Positions 11,339-21,967 are shown, counted from the stretch's first letter. The stretch is 64,000 bases of DNA from Gammaproteobacteria bacterium (GCA_965261165.1 OZ253445.1:845987-909986), one strand, 5' to 3'. Made by a program: numbers and translations. Notes: a model not told the origin generated them from the sequence alone.

Positions 11339-12148
11339 ATGTTGAGTTATCCAGATATTGATCCCGTCGCCCTTGCATTGGGCCCAATTAAAATTCATTG
11401 GTACGGCATTACCTATGTGGTCGGAATGGCAGCAGCGTGGTTGTTGCTACGTTGGCGTGCCAGAAAAAATCCACTGCTAAGATGGCAACAAAAACATATA
11501 GATGACATGGTGTTTTTTGCCATGTTTGGCGTAATTATTGGTGGGCGACTGGGCTCTGTGTTGTTTTATAACCTGCCTTATTATCTCGATCATCCAATTG
11601 ATATACTCAAGATCAATCAGGGAGGCATGTCCTTCCACGGTGGTCTGATCGGCGTTTTGCTGGCCATGTTTTGGTTCGCGCGGAAAACGAATTCTATTTT
11701 CTTTCAAGCGACAGATTTTATCGCGCCTGTCATCCCCGTTGGGCTAGGTTGTGGTCGCATCGGAAATTTTATTAATGGTGAATTATGGGGCGCACCTTCT
11801 TCTTTGCCTTGGGCAATGATATTCCCTAGCTCTTATGCAGGTGGCATCCCAAGACACCCTGCACAATTGTATGAGGCCTTATTGGAAGGACTATTACTGT
11901 TTCTTATTTTATGGTTTTATTCTGTCAAACCACGCCCAATGATGGCAGTGTCCGGTTTATTCCTTTTGGGCTATGGTATCTTCCGGAGTAGTGTTGAATT
12001 CGTACGTGAGCCTGATGCCCATCTTGGCTATCTGGCATTTGATTGGGTGACCATGGGACAGGTGCTTTCATTGCCAATGATTTTAACTGGAGCATTATTA
12101 CTATTTTTTGCTTACAGGAATAGCAGAGATGAAATTTTAAGCGGGTAG
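11339..12148 (+). CDS. lgt: prolipoprotein diacylglyceryl transferase
   Basis: 269-aa polytopic membrane protein; IHWYGITYVVGM and the Lgt signature region GRIGNFINGELWG. Confidence 0.85.
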   Translation: MLSYPDIDPVALALGPIKIHWYGITYVVGMAAAWLLLRWRARKNPLLRWQQKHIDDMVFFAMFGVIIGGRLGSVLFYNLPYYLDHPIDILKINQGGMSFHGGLIGVLLAMFWFARKTNSIFFQATDFIAPVIPVGLGCGRIGNFINGELWGAPSSLPWAMIFPSSYAGGIPRHPAQLYEALLEGLLLFLILWFYSVKPRPMMAVSGLFLLGYGIFRSSVEFVREPDAHLGYLAFDWVTMGQVLSLPMILTGALLLFFAYRNSRDEILSG

Positions 12149-12200
12149 TAGGCGTTGTTTCTACCGCCTGCTTGCTCAATTAATTTAATGTAATGAACGA

Positions 12201-12995
12201 ATGAGACAATATTTAGAATTAATGCAACACGTCAAAGAACATGGCGTAAAAAAAGAAGACCGAACTGGCACCGGGACGATTAGTGTGTTTGGTTATCAGA
12301 TGCGTTTTAATTTGCAGGATGGCTTTCCTGCGATGACCACCAAAAACCTTCATCTCAAATCTATCATTCATGAATTGCTCTGGTTCCTGAATGGAGGAAC
12401 CAATATTAAATACCTAAAAGACAATGGTGTCAGCATCTGGAATGAGTGGGCTGATGAACATGGTGATCTAGGGCCGGTTTATGGTGCTCAGTGGCGTAGC
12501 TGGAAGGCAGCAGATGGCAGAACACTGGATCAAATCACAGATGTCGTTGATCAGATTAAAACCAATCCAGATTCACGTCGTTTAATCGTTAGCGCTTGGA
12601 ATGTAGGTGAGTTAGACAAGATGGCGCTGATGCCTTGCCACGCTTTCTTTCAGTTTTATGTGGCCGATGGAAAATTATCCTGTCAGTTATGTCAACGCAG
12701 TGCAGATATATTTCTTGGTGTGCCTTTTAATATCGCATCCTATGCCTTGCTGACCATGATGATCGCCCAGGTCTGCAATCTGGAACTAGGTGACTTCGTA
12801 CATACGCTGGGCGATGCACATCTGTATTCAAATCATCTCGATCAAGTTGACGAACAGCTATCGCGTCAACCATTCACATTGCCTGTAATGAAAGTAAACT
12901 CAGGAATAAATTCGATCTTTGATTTTAAGTATGACGATTTTGAACTGCATAACTATGAATCACATCCTTCCATTGAGGCACCTATCTCAGTCTGA
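12201..12995 (+). CDS. thyA: thymidylate synthase
   Basis: 264 aa; classic ThyA motifs (RTGTGT, PCH, LPPCH-like [14 protein letters not shown]); TGA stop. Confidence 0.95.
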   Translation: MRQYLELMQHVKEHGVKKEDRTGTGTISVFGYQMRFNLQDGFPAMTTKNLHLKSIIHELLWFLNGGTNIKYLKDNGVSIWNEWADEHGDLGPVYGAQWRSWKAADGRTLDQITDVVDQIKTNPDSRRLIVSAWNVGELDKMALMPCHAFFQFYVADGKLSCQLCQRSADIFLGVPFNIASYALLTMMIAQVCNLELGDFVHTLGDAHLYSNHLDQVDEQLSRQPFTLPVMKVNSGINSIFDFKYDDFELHNYESHPSIEAPISV

Positions 12996-13001
12996 ATAGT
13001 C

Positions 13002-13487
13002 ATGATTATTTCAATCATCGTTGCCATGGATAAAAAAGGCGTTATTGGTTTTGATGGAAATCTGCCTTGGCATCTATCGGCAGATCTAAAGCATTTCAAA
13101 GCCATTACTATGGACAAACCACTAGTCATGGGTCGTAAGACACATAAGTCTATAGGTCGTCCCTTATCAGGTAGGAAAAATATTATTTTAACTCATTCGC
13201 AAGATTTTGAAGCTGAAGGCTGTACGGTTGTTCATTCGCTTGATGATGCGTTTCAAGCGGCAGGTAATGTCGATGAAGTCATGATTATAGGTGGTTCGGG
13301 GATTTATGAGCAATCATTGGCGCGTGCCGATCGTCTTCACTTAACAGAAGTGCATACAGATGTAAGCGGAGATGTTTCTTTTCCTGAGTTTAATAAAGGT
13401 CAATGGGTTGAGATAGAGCGAGAAGATTACTATGCAGATGACAAGAACGATTTTGATTATAGTTTTGTGGTAATGGATAGGAAGTAG
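13002..13487 (+). CDS. folA: dihydrofolate reductase
   Basis: 161 aa; IAMDKKGVIG...LPWHL... matches DHFR; canonical thyA-folA adjacency. Confidence 0.9.
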   Translation: MIISIIVAMDKKGVIGFDGNLPWHLSADLKHFKAITMDKPLVMGRKTHKSIGRPLSGRKNIILTHSQDFEAEGCTVVHSLDDAFQAAGNVDEVMIIGGSGIYEQSLARADRLHLTEVHTDVSGDVSFPEFNKGQWVEIEREDYYADDKNDFDYSFVVMDRK

Positions 13488-13723
13488 ATAATAATTAATC
13501 AGAAAATAAATTTAGATCATCGAATGATTTATTTTATTAGGGAATGGCATGATTAAAGATGTTGTTAACATTTTTCTGTTATTTTTCTAGTTAAAATGTT
13601 TTCTAGGCATAGTTTAGAGAACATTCAGTCAAAATAATCCACCTGAGAATCATATGTATTAGCTGGGGTCATCGCCACCGAATGAATCAGCTTGCTGTGG
13701 CTGCCTACCCCGTGGTGTGGGCG

Positions 13724-14576
13724 TTATTTTTTAAAGATTCTGGATTCAACTATTCGTTTAGCAGGGATGCTGAATAGGATTTCATCTTCGAGTTGCAATG
13801 CGCTTAATTTTCCACCCCAGAGATAACCCGTATCAACAGGATAAATATTGTACGGTTTAAAGTCAGTAATGGTTCCTAGATGTACCGTCGACCAATGACC
13901 GAAAATAATTTTATCATGTTTAGTTTTTCTTTCATCAACTGCGAACCATGGCGTTAGATAATCTGCTTGTGAACCGGGCGCGCCTTTCTCGGAAAAATTT
14001 AATTCGTTCTTATCGTTTAGATAACGTAGTCGTGTAAAACAATTCACAATAAACCTTAGACGATCATTACCTATCAGGTTTTCATCCAAACTATTGGGTT
14101 TATTACCATATATAACCTCAAGAAGTGTGCGGTAGTTATTGCTGTTTAAAGCCCGAGTAAATTCTGCAGCTAGCTCTAATGCTTGACCAATTTCCCACTG
14201 TGGTGGTAGGCCTGCATGGATCATAGAGAAATTTAATTCTTTGTCATGATGCATAAGTGGTTGCCATCAGATCCATTTCATTAACTCTTGTTTGTCTGGT
14301 GAGGCAAGAATAGGTGCTAACGTGTCTGTCTTTTTTTGGCGCGGCGAACCCTTCAGCAATAGTGACAAGATGAAGGTCATGATTACCAAGCACGGTGACT
14401 GCTGAATCATCCAGTTTTATAACAAAATTTAATACTTCCAGAGAGGCAGGTCCGCGATTGACGAGATCACCAACAAACCAAAGGCGATCGTTGGTTTCGT
14501 CAAAGTTAATTTTATCCAGTAATTGCAGGAGTTCTTTGAAACAACCCTGAACGTCGCCAATCGCGTAAGTCGGCAT
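13724..14576 (-). pseudogene. apaH: bis(5'-nucleosyl)-tetraphosphatase (symmetrical), disrupted by a frameshift and an in-frame TGA
   Basis: Two ORF pieces (14244-14576 and 13724-14254) together give a full ApaH with GDVQGC...GDLVNRGP...GNHD. A frameshift near 14318-14325 separates ...KKDR from [17 protein letters not shown], and TGA at 14267-14269 interrupts the reading ([22 protein letters not shown]); the TGA aligns with an Arg in homologs. apaG lies immediately upstream. Confidence 0.75.
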
Positions 14577-14579
14577 AAT

Positions 14580-14957
14580 TTAGTTCAAGGTGTGGGGGAG
14601 AGAAAGGCCAAAGGCAGGGATTTCTGTATCAAATTCTACTCCATCGTCAGTTATTAAATAATAATTTCCCTGCATATAACCAAAAGGTGTTTCTATCATT
14701 GCAGCACTGGTATAGGTGAATGATTCTCCCGGTTTTAAATGTGGCTGTTCGCCGACGACACCATCTCCTTGGACTTCCTGGATCTTGTCATTGGCATCTG
14801 TTATCAACCAACGGCGTCTGAGTAATTGGGCAGAAGTTAAACCATTATTTTTGATGGTGATGGTATAGGCAAATATATAGCGAGCATTATCCGGATTGGA
14901 TTGATTCTGGATGTAGTCTATTTTTACTGTGACATCTATATTATGTCGAATTTGCAT
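14580..14957 (-). CDS. apaG: ApaG (DUF525) protein
   Basis: 125 aa; the typical ApaG sequence and genomic pairing with apaH. Confidence 0.8.
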   Translation of the reverse strand: MQIRHNIDVTVKIDYIQNQSNPDNARYIFAYTITIKNNGLTSAQLLRRRWLITDANDKIQEVQGDGVVGEQPHLKPGESFTYTSAAMIETPFGYMQGNYYLITDDGVEFDTEIPAFGLSLPHTLN

Positions 14958-15028
14958 AATTCAATTTGACCTGAATTGAACTAATCGTGCAAGTGTCTAT
15001 GAATTTATTTTCTATGGGTTTTCATTTC

Positions 15029-16537
15029 TCAGACACAATTATTTCTGTCTAAGCGCCGATAACTGATGGCTTCACTCAAATGAGTTGAGTCTATTGATGC
15101 TGCGCCTGTTAAATCAGCAATAGTTCGGGCAACTTTTAGGATACGATGTATGGCTCTAGCAGATAAGCCCAAACGACCTATTGCAGTATCAAGTAATTGT
15201 GATCCGACATCATCAATCTTGCAATATTTATCCACCTCCTTATTGGTAAGCTTATGGTTGGCCTTTCCCGATCTATTCAATTGCAATTGGTAAGCCTCGG
15301 TAACGCGTTGTTGTACGGTACGGCTATTTTCAATATTTTGATTTTGACGAAAGATTTCTTTCGGTACTTTTGCTACTTCGATGTGTATATCAATTCTATC
15401 CAGTAGTGGGCCTGATATTTTTTGTCGGTAACGACGGACTTGATCTTCCGTACAATGGCAACGACCATCTGTATCGCCAAGATAGCCACAGGGGCAAGGG
15501 TTCATTGCTGCGATGAGTTGGAACTGTGCGGGAAACTCGGCTTGATTTGCAGCACGTGAAATCACAATGCGCCCAGACTCTAAAGGTTCCCTTAATACTT
15601 CCAACACACGGCGATCAAATTCCGGTAATTCGTCTAGGAACAATACGCCATGATGTGCCAGAGAAATTTCCCCTGGGCGTGGATGACTGCCACCACCAAC
15701 CAATGCTACACCGGAGGCAGTATGATGTGGGTGTCTTATCGGCCGTTGCCTCCATGTTTCCGGATCGAACCCCTGACTGCTAATTGAGGTTACTGCTGCA
15801 GATTCCAATGCCTGTGATTCTGTCATCGGCGGTAAGATACCGGGCAGTCGTTCTGCCAACATGGTTTTTCCCGTCCCCGGTGGACCAATCATGATGAGAT
15901 TATGACCGCCCGCCGCCGCAACCTCTAATGCGCGTTTAGCATGATTCTGAGCACGGACATCTGAGAAATCAAAGTCACTGTAGACATCCTTGACTACAGG
16001 TTTCCCCGTGCGCAAGGAGATTTTTTCATTTCCATGAATATGCGAACAAACCTCCATCAGGTGTGTTGCTGGATAAATCTCTACATCAGAAACAAGTGCT
16101 GCCTCATCTGCATTCTGGGTAGGTAATATCAGTTTGTGTTTTTGCTGTGAGCAGGCATAAGCAAAAGGAATTACACCCTTCATGGCACGAAGTTCCCCGG
16201 TTAAGGCAAGTTCACCAGAAAATTCATATTGTTCCAGTGGCTCTTTAGGTATTTGTCCTGATGCAACGAGGATCCCCATGGCAATGGCCAGATCAAAACG
16301 TGCTCCATCTTTGGGTAAATCGGCAGGCGCAAGATTGATGGTGATTCGGCCTAGCGGAAATTCAAAATGGTTGTTTAGTATAGCGCTGCGAACTCTGTCT
16401 TTACTTTCTTTAACCGCCGCTTCGGGCAATCCAACGATAGAAAGACTGGGAAGCCCTCGCGTGATGTGAACTTCTATGGTGATCAGTGGTGCTTGAATAC
16501 CGACTTGCGCACGACTATAGGTGATTGCGATGCTCAT
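15029..16537 (-). CDS. comM: YifB/ComM-family Mg-chelatase-like AAA+ ATPase
   Basis: 502 aa; Walker A GPPGTGKT, Walker B, and the C-terminal Mg-chelatase subunit ChlI-like region. Confidence 0.85.
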   Translation of the reverse strand: MSIAITYSRAQVGIQAPLITIEVHITRGLPSLSIVGLPEAAVKESKDRVRSAILNNHFEFPLGRITINLAPADLPKDGARFDLAIAMGILVASGQIPKEPLEQYEFSGELALTGELRAMKGVIPFAYACSQQKHKLILPTQNADEAALVSDVEIYPATHLMEVCSHIHGNEKISLRTGKPVVKDVYSDFDFSDVRAQNHAKRALEVAAAGGHNLIMIGPPGTGKTMLAERLPGILPPMTESQALESAAVTSISSQGFDPETWRQRPIRHPHHTASGVALVGGGSHPRPGEISLAHHGVLFLDELPEFDRRVLEVLREPLESGRIVISRAANQAEFPAQFQLIAAMNPCPCGYLGDTDGRCHCTEDQVRRYRQKISGPLLDRIDIHIEVAKVPKEIFRQNQNIENSRTVQQRVTEAYQLQLNRSGKANHKLTNKEVDKYCKIDDVGSQLLDTAIGRLGLSARAIHRILKVARTIADLTGAASIDSTHLSEAISYRRLDRNNCV

Positions 16538-16979
16538 TTATCTTCATCCTTGAAACTTAATCGGTACTGTACAACAGATTAGGTGATTAGTATAAAGATG
16601 AAAACAAGCATATCAATACGTAGTTTAGCGGGGCACTACACTTCCAATACAATTATCCAGAGGCATTAGAAGTTCAAGCATAATGAAAGTAAGGTGGCTG
16701 CCCCAGATAACTTAAAAAAAGGAGGTTATCATGGGGGCAGTTTAAGCCACTACAAACAAGGCCGTTTAGGGAGGGTTTATACGAAGATCATCGCCAATTA
16801 TTGAGCGCAAGGTCACCCTGGACAGCATCGTTGCTAGGTTGCGCAGATAGAGACTGCAAGAGATAAACTAAACAATTGACCAGGAAAATGTCTTGGCTTT
16901 AGAACACCGAATCAGGTGTTTCTCGTTATCAGCCCTGATGCTGCATTTGTGAGTTAAATCCGCGTTTCTTATTTCAAGA

Positions 16980-17606
16980 CTATAGGCCAATAATTTTAAT
17001 ATAGTCAGATGTGATGATGTTTACATCATGTGGAAAAGATAAGAGCGCTTTGAGCCTGACCTCGGGATCTATCAACATAATTCTTGCGCCGTGGTACATT
17101 TCATACTCAGCGCCTTCTGTATTTCCTTCCTTGCCAAAAGCAATTCCCAATGATTTAGTCAGTACCATGAGATTTTCAACACTCCCTGTCACACCCGTAA
17201 ATTCAGAATTGAAGTAGGCTACATATTCAGCAAGCTGCTCTACAGTATCTCGCTCTGGATCTATTGATACAAAAACTGTTCTCGGCAATGCAATGTTAGC
17301 TTCGCTTTTTAGAACTTTATCAATCTGGTTTAGTAAGGCCAAAGTCGTTGGACAAACATCAGGACAATGGGTGTAGCCAAAAAAAATAAATGACCATTGA
17401 CCCTTCAGATTTTCATTGGTAAACGCATTGCCATGATGATCTTTTAATGAAAATTCAGGTAAGGCTTTTGCCTCAGGCAAAACAGTGGCACTTACGCTCT
17501 CAAGAGAACCTTGCCCCTGATTGAGATATATGGAAAGTAAAATTCCCAACGACAGTGGGACTATGATAAACAAAATACATGGCAGAATTTTTTTTATATT
17601 TGTCAT
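16980..17606 (-). CDS. SCO1/SenC copper chaperone for cytochrome oxidase
   Basis: 208 aa; N-terminal TM segment, thioredoxin-fold CPDVCP motif, in a cox cluster. Confidence 0.8.
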   Translation of the reverse strand: MTNIKKILPCILFIIVPLSLGILLSIYLNQGQGSLESVSATVLPEAKALPEFSLKDHHGNAFTNENLKGQWSFIFFGYTHCPDVCPTTLALLNQIDKVLKSEANIALPRTVFVSIDPERDTVEQLAEYVAYFNSEFTGVTGSVENLMVLTKSLGIAFGKEGNTEGAEYEMYHGARIMLIDPEVRLKALLSFPHDVNIITSDYIKIIGL

Positions 17607-17612
17607 GATAAA

Positions 17613-18527
17613 TTAAAGGAAGAAATGTCGGAAAATAATACGAGCATAATGGTCAAGTAATAAGAATCCAAACAACACGCTCAAATAAAAAATAGAAAAG
17701 CCAAATGTCTTCATCGCATGATCATCCGTATCGGCTCGATACAAAATAAATGCCTGCCAGATAAAACCAATACCAAGCGCGATAGCTCCAGCCAGATAAA
17801 TAAGGCCGCTCATGTCAATAACAAATGGCAACAAACTCACCGCCAGAAGTAATAATGTATACAGAAGAATTTGCAGCTTGGTAAAAGGAACGCCATGTGT
17901 CACAGGTAACATAGGAATGCCTACACTGGCATATTCTTCTCGTCGGCGAATAGCCAAAGCCCAGAAGTGAGGCGGTGTCCAGATAAAAATTATCAGGAAT
18001 AACAACAAGGCTTCCGAACTTACTTCCCCTGTCATCGCCACCCAACCAAGCAATGGTGGAGCAGCACCAGCAGCACCCCCTAACACAATATTCTGTGGCG
18101 TCGCGGGCTTAAGAAACATGGTGTAAATCACTGCGTAACCAACTAGGGAAATAAAAGTCAGTAGCGCTGTTAGTGTATTGACTTGATAAAACAGGATTGT
18201 CATGGAAATGGCGCATAGTGCCAAGGCAAAGACAAAGGCATTCCTGGTATTTAATTCACCCTGTGGCAAAGGTCGATTTTTAGTCCGCGCCATGACGGCA
18301 TCAATACGCTGCTCTACCAATTGATTGATTGCCGCACCAGAGGCCGCAGCCAAACCAATACCAAGTGTTGCATAGATCACTTTGGCAAGCGGGAGAGCAC
18401 CAGGCATAGCCAGTAACATACCGACAATAGCGGTAAAGATAATAAGCGCCACCACCTTAGGTTTACACAACTCATAGTAATCGCGCCATTTAGGCCCTTG
18501 TTCGGTCATTATCGTTTGATTATTCAC
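17613..18527 (-). CDS. ctaB: protoheme IX farnesyltransferase (heme O synthase)
   Basis: 304-aa UbiA-family polytopic protein, with the cox cluster. Confidence 0.85.
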   Translation of the reverse strand: MNNQTIMTEQGPKWRDYYELCKPKVVALIIFTAIVGMLLAMPGALPLAKVIYATLGIGLAAASGAAINQLVEQRIDAVMARTKNRPLPQGELNTRNAFVFALALCAISMTILFYQVNTLTALLTFISLVGYAVIYTMFLKPATPQNIVLGGAAGAAPPLLGWVAMTGEVSSEALLLFLIIFIWTPPHFWALAIRRREEYASVGIPMLPVTHGVPFTKLQILLYTLLLLAVSLLPFVIDMSGLIYLAGAIALGIGFIWQAFILYRADTDDHAMKTFGFSIFYLSVLFGFLLLDHYARIIFRHFFL

Positions 18528-18610
18528 TCACCCTTCCCTCTACTATGCTTTTTTCTTACACATGCCTGTTATCGACACTATCAAATGCTTTTCCAATCAT
18601 TTCCTCCAGC

Positions 18611-19210
18611 TCAGCCAGATATTCTCAGCATGCGTGATAGATCTCGAATAATTCCTGTTGGCTCGGTGTCAGCTGGATAACGCATCATTAAGAATCCACG
18701 AGGATCGATCAGAAAAATTGAGCCCTGCTCCGTAATATTTTGATCATGAAACTGTTGGAGATAACTTTCACCAAGAGCTTCTTTTGAAATATAAAGCTGC
18801 CCGGGAAACTTCTTGCTCAGATTATCGCTAAATTCAACACTCTCTCCCTCATCAATAACGGCGATTCGTTGGACATGCTGAAGCTCCCTGCCTGTTGCCA
18901 ATCTGATTTGTTGAAGTCGGTAAAGGCTGTCTTCACAGCTTGCTTCACATGGGCCATCCACGTAAAACAACATTGACCACTTTCCATACAAAGGCTCCTG
19001 CTTGGTAGAATCTCTGCCCACCCAGGTAAGTTCAATATTTTCAAGTTGCCGAGGAGGTTGTATTAAGTCCCCATGCTCAGCGCCGTTACCCTCGCGCGCA
19101 TAGTCCGTAAAAAATACCAGATACCATGAACCCGCTACTGGCAAAAGAAACACCAGGGAAAAAAGAATTAACTTCGCTCTGCTTTTCGCTTGATTTGTTT
19201 GTTCTGACAT
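18611..19210 (-). CDS. conserved membrane-anchored hypothetical protein of cox clusters
   Basis: 199 aa; single N-terminal TM; sits between SURF1 and ctaB, as in other proteobacterial aa3 clusters. Confidence 0.4.
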   Translation of the reverse strand: MSEQTNQAKSRAKLILFSLVFLLPVAGSWYLVFFTDYAREGNGAEHGDLIQPPRQLENIELTWVGRDSTKQEPLYGKWSMLFYVDGPCEASCEDSLYRLQQIRLATGRELQHVQRIAVIDEGESVEFSDNLSKKFPGQLYISKEALGESYLQQFHDQNITEQGSIFLIDPRGFLMMRYPADTEPTGIIRDLSRMLRISG

Positions 19211-19214
19211 ATCT

Positions 19215-19949
19215 CTATCTTGCCCGTTTAATATTAAGAATTAGATAAATGATAAATATTACTGTTGCCATTGCAAACCATTGGAAAGCATAGCCCAGAT
19301 GCTTTTCTTCTCCCGACCCAGGCATCTTCCAGCGCCTTACGAATCCAGCGGGTGATTCAGGACTCATTCTTACTACATACGGCAGAAGTTTCTGACCTAA
19401 CAATTCTTCAATATCTGCAAGCAACAGCTTTTGAGTACGATACATCCCCACTAAAGGTTGCTCAATAATATTTTCTGCCAACATTATTCCCATTCTGGGC
19501 GGTAATTTAACGCTGCCAATAATCTTCAAAATTTCCTCAGCCACTGATACATCAGGCGGGTTATCACGACGATTACCAGCCGGCGCCCAACCTCGATTTA
19601 CCAACACCCACAAATCCTGCTCTTTCAGCTTAAAAGGGGTATAAACAAAATAGCCTGCCACACCGCTTTCGACCTGGTTATCCAGCAAGATATTAATGTT
19701 CTTAGAAAATACGCCTTCAATACTAACTTTGCGCCAGTGCATTTGCTTAAAATCATTTCGCAAAATATCTTCTTTATTTAAATCGGCAACATTCTTCGCC
19801 TGACGTTCTACAAATTCAGAATGCAAGGTGCGCTTTTGTTCTGCCCGATCCAGTTGCCAGAGTCCCAAAGATATAAATGATGGCAACGCTAGTACAGCAG
19901 CTAATGTTGGCCATAGGCTCGGAGTAAATTCCCACGAGGCTATGCGCAT
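19215..19949 (-). CDS. SURF1 family cytochrome oxidase assembly protein
   Basis: SURF1-like N-terminus MRIASWEFTPSLWPTLAAVLALPSFISLGLWQLDR; the ORF is open further upstream to 20024, but SURF1 homologs start at the internal Met. Confidence 0.75.
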   Translation of the reverse strand: MRIASWEFTPSLWPTLAAVLALPSFISLGLWQLDRAEQKRTLHSEFVERQAKNVADLNKEDILRNDFKQMHWRKVSIEGVFSKNINILLDNQVESGVAGYFVYTPFKLKEQDLWVLVNRGWAPAGNRRDNPPDVSVAEEILKIIGSVKLPPRMGIMLAENIIEQPLVGMYRTQKLLLADIEELLGQKLLPYVVRMSPESPAGFVRRWKMPGSGEEKHLGYAFQWFAMATVIFIIYLILNIKRAR

Positions 19950-20053
19950 TTTAAGACGGCATCCAAAATCAGTTATTGGAGGCGTTACTGATGTGTAGTG
20001 AAGCTTTATCAAGTGTATACTCAAGAGTCACGAACAAACCATGTTGATAAATA

Positions 20054-20308
20054 ATGTCTGGCGTTCTCATTTATAAAATTATTATCGTGCTTTTGTTAAT
20101 CGGAGTGCTCGTCAGCCTTTCATCCGGGATGTTTTTTCTTGTGCAGGATAAAGGGGAGACAGACCGAACCGTAAAATCACTGACCATCAGAGTCGTATTA
20201 TCCATCACGCTGTTTCTGCTGCTGCTGCTCGGCTACTTCACTGGCATTATACAGCCTCATGGAATCAACCCTGAGGCACCTGAAACAGAAAGGGCACTAC
20301 CTGAGTAG
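20054..20308 (+). CDS. twin-transmembrane-helix small protein (DUF2909)
   Basis: 84 aa with two TM helices; ...FFLVQDKGETDRTVKSLTIRVVLSITLFLLLLLGYFTGIIQP matches DUF2909 of cox clusters; encoded on the opposite strand to its neighbours. Confidence 0.6.
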   Translation: MSGVLIYKIIIVLLLIGVLVSLSSGMFFLVQDKGETDRTVKSLTIRVVLSITLFLLLLLGYFTGIIQPHGINPEAPETERALPE

Positions 20309-20342
20309 CACCCTTTGATATTATTAATATTGACCGCCTTTT

Positions 20343-21224
20343 CTACAGCCAGTAAACAAATATAAATAGACCCAGCCATACAACATCAACAAAATGCCAA
20401 TACCAGGCAACAGCTTCGAAAGCAAAGTGATTATGAGCACTAAAATGACCCTTCATTGATCTTAGTAAAATGACCAACAACATCGTCGCGCCCATGGTGA
20501 CATGAAAACCATGAAAACCCGTCAGCATGAAAAAGGTCGAGCCATATATGCCTGAGCTCATCTTTAAATTCAGCTCGGTATAGGCGTGATGATATTCACC
20601 TGCTTGAAAATAGACGAAGATAAAACCCAGAGCCACGGTGGCAAACAACCACCAGCAAAGCGCCTTGTTATTGTTCTTTTTTAACGCCCAATGCGCGAAG
20701 GTAACGGTCGCGCCACTGCTTAGCAATATAGCAGTATTCAGAGCGGGAATACCCCACGCAGGAATGGTTTCATAGAACAGTGAATCAATAAAAGCATTCT
20801 CATCAGGAATTGCCAAAATTGGCCACTCTGAGATAAAATCAGGCCACAGGTACATATTTGTTACTGCACCAGCCCCTTCTCCGCTCAACCATGGCACAGA
20901 CAGATGACGCGCATAAAACAAGGCACCAAAGAAAGCGGCAAAAAACATCACCTCTGAAAATATGAACCAACTCATTCCCCAACGGAAACTAATATCAACC
21001 TGTTTGTTATAACTACCACTTAAACTTTCGGAGATTACGTCGGCAAACCAGCCTGAAAACATGTAAACAACTGCCGCGATACCAAAACCTAGAACAAATA
21101 TACCAAACCCAGAACCATTCAACATGATGGATCCACCGACAAAGGATAAAAACAAGGCTATTGAGCCAACTAGTGGCCAACGACTCGGGTCGGGTATAAA
21201 GTAAGTGCTGTTCGAATCAGACAT
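20343..21224 (-). CDS. coxC: cytochrome c oxidase subunit III
   Basis: 293-aa 7-TM protein; COX3 sequence. Confidence 0.9.
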   Translation of the reverse strand: MSDSNSTYFIPDPSRWPLVGSIALFLSFVGGSIMLNGSGFGIFVLGFGIAAVVYMFSGWFADVISESLSGSYNKQVDISFRWGMSWFIFSEVMFFAAFFGALFYARHLSVPWLSGEGAGAVTNMYLWPDFISEWPILAIPDENAFIDSLFYETIPAWGIPALNTAILLSSGATVTFAHWALKKNNNKALCWWLFATVALGFIFVYFQAGEYHHAYTELNLKMSSGIYGSTFFMLTGFHGFHVTMGATMLLVILLRSMKGHFSAHNHFAFEAVAWYWHFVDVVWLGLFIFVYWL

Positions 21225-21276
21225 AACTTCTTTTCCTCGTTTATTTTCTAACGCTTAATTTCCAAAAAACTAATAG

Positions 21277-21840
21277 TCAAATAGTGCTTATTGAAATAAC
21301 AGGAGACAGGAGAGCGACATCTCGGGAATCAGGTGCAACAAAAAACGTGTATGACAAAGTTAATGTCGAGATATTTTTCGGCAAATCTGCCTCTACTACA
21401 AATCTTACAACCATTTCTTTTTGCTCGTGACCAGCCAACGTTTGACGACTAAAACAAAAACATTCAGTCTTGTTAAAAAACAGCGATGCCTGTGATGGAG
21501 ATACGCTGGGTACTGCCTGACCAGTGACCTCGGAAGCAGAAGTGTTAACTGCAACAAATACTGCCTCTGTCACTTCACCAGGGTGTACCAACAGCGTTCT
21601 ATCTCTGGCTTTAAATTGCCAAGGCAGCGCACTATTTACATTGGTATCAAACTGAACTGTCACAGTACGATCATAGTCAACAGTCAACTTGCTAACCGAT
21701 TCCGCCGTAATTTCTCCGGTTTTGCCGTTCAGCCCTGTAACATCACAAAGTACATCGTAAAGCGGCACTAGCGCATAACCAAAACCAAACATCGCCAGCG
21801 CAAAGATGGCTAACTTACCAGCAGTGTGCTCACTGTTCAT
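21277..21840 (-). CDS. ctaG: cytochrome c oxidase assembly protein CtaG/Cox11
   Basis: 187 aa; N-terminal TM; Cox11 CFCF motif (KTECFCFSRQ). Confidence 0.85.
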   Translation of the reverse strand: MNSEHTAGKLAIFALAMFGFGYALVPLYDVLCDVTGLNGKTGEITAESVSKLTVDYDRTVTVQFDTNVNSALPWQFKARDRTLLVHPGEVTEAVFVAVNTSASEVTGQAVPSVSPSQASLFFNKTECFCFSRQTLAGHEQKEMVVRFVVEADLPKNISTLTLSYTFFVAPDSRDVALLSPVISISTI

Positions 21841-21967
21841 TTGACAGTAAACCAGATAAATCCAGCATAAAATGAGAAAGCGACTAAACCCAAAACTATA
21901 GCTAGCTTGATATTAGCAGCATCTCTTGATGTCGCTAATTTATCTTCATTCTTTTCTGTTGTCATTA
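21839..21967 (-). CDS. small (42 aa) single-TM protein between coxA and ctaG
   Basis: Not in the ORF track (under 60 aa). Reverse strand reads MTTEKNEDKLATSRDAANIKLAIVLGLVAFSFYAGFIWFTVK*; its TGA overlaps the ctaG ATG (ATGA), consistent with translational coupling inside the operon. Confidence 0.35.
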
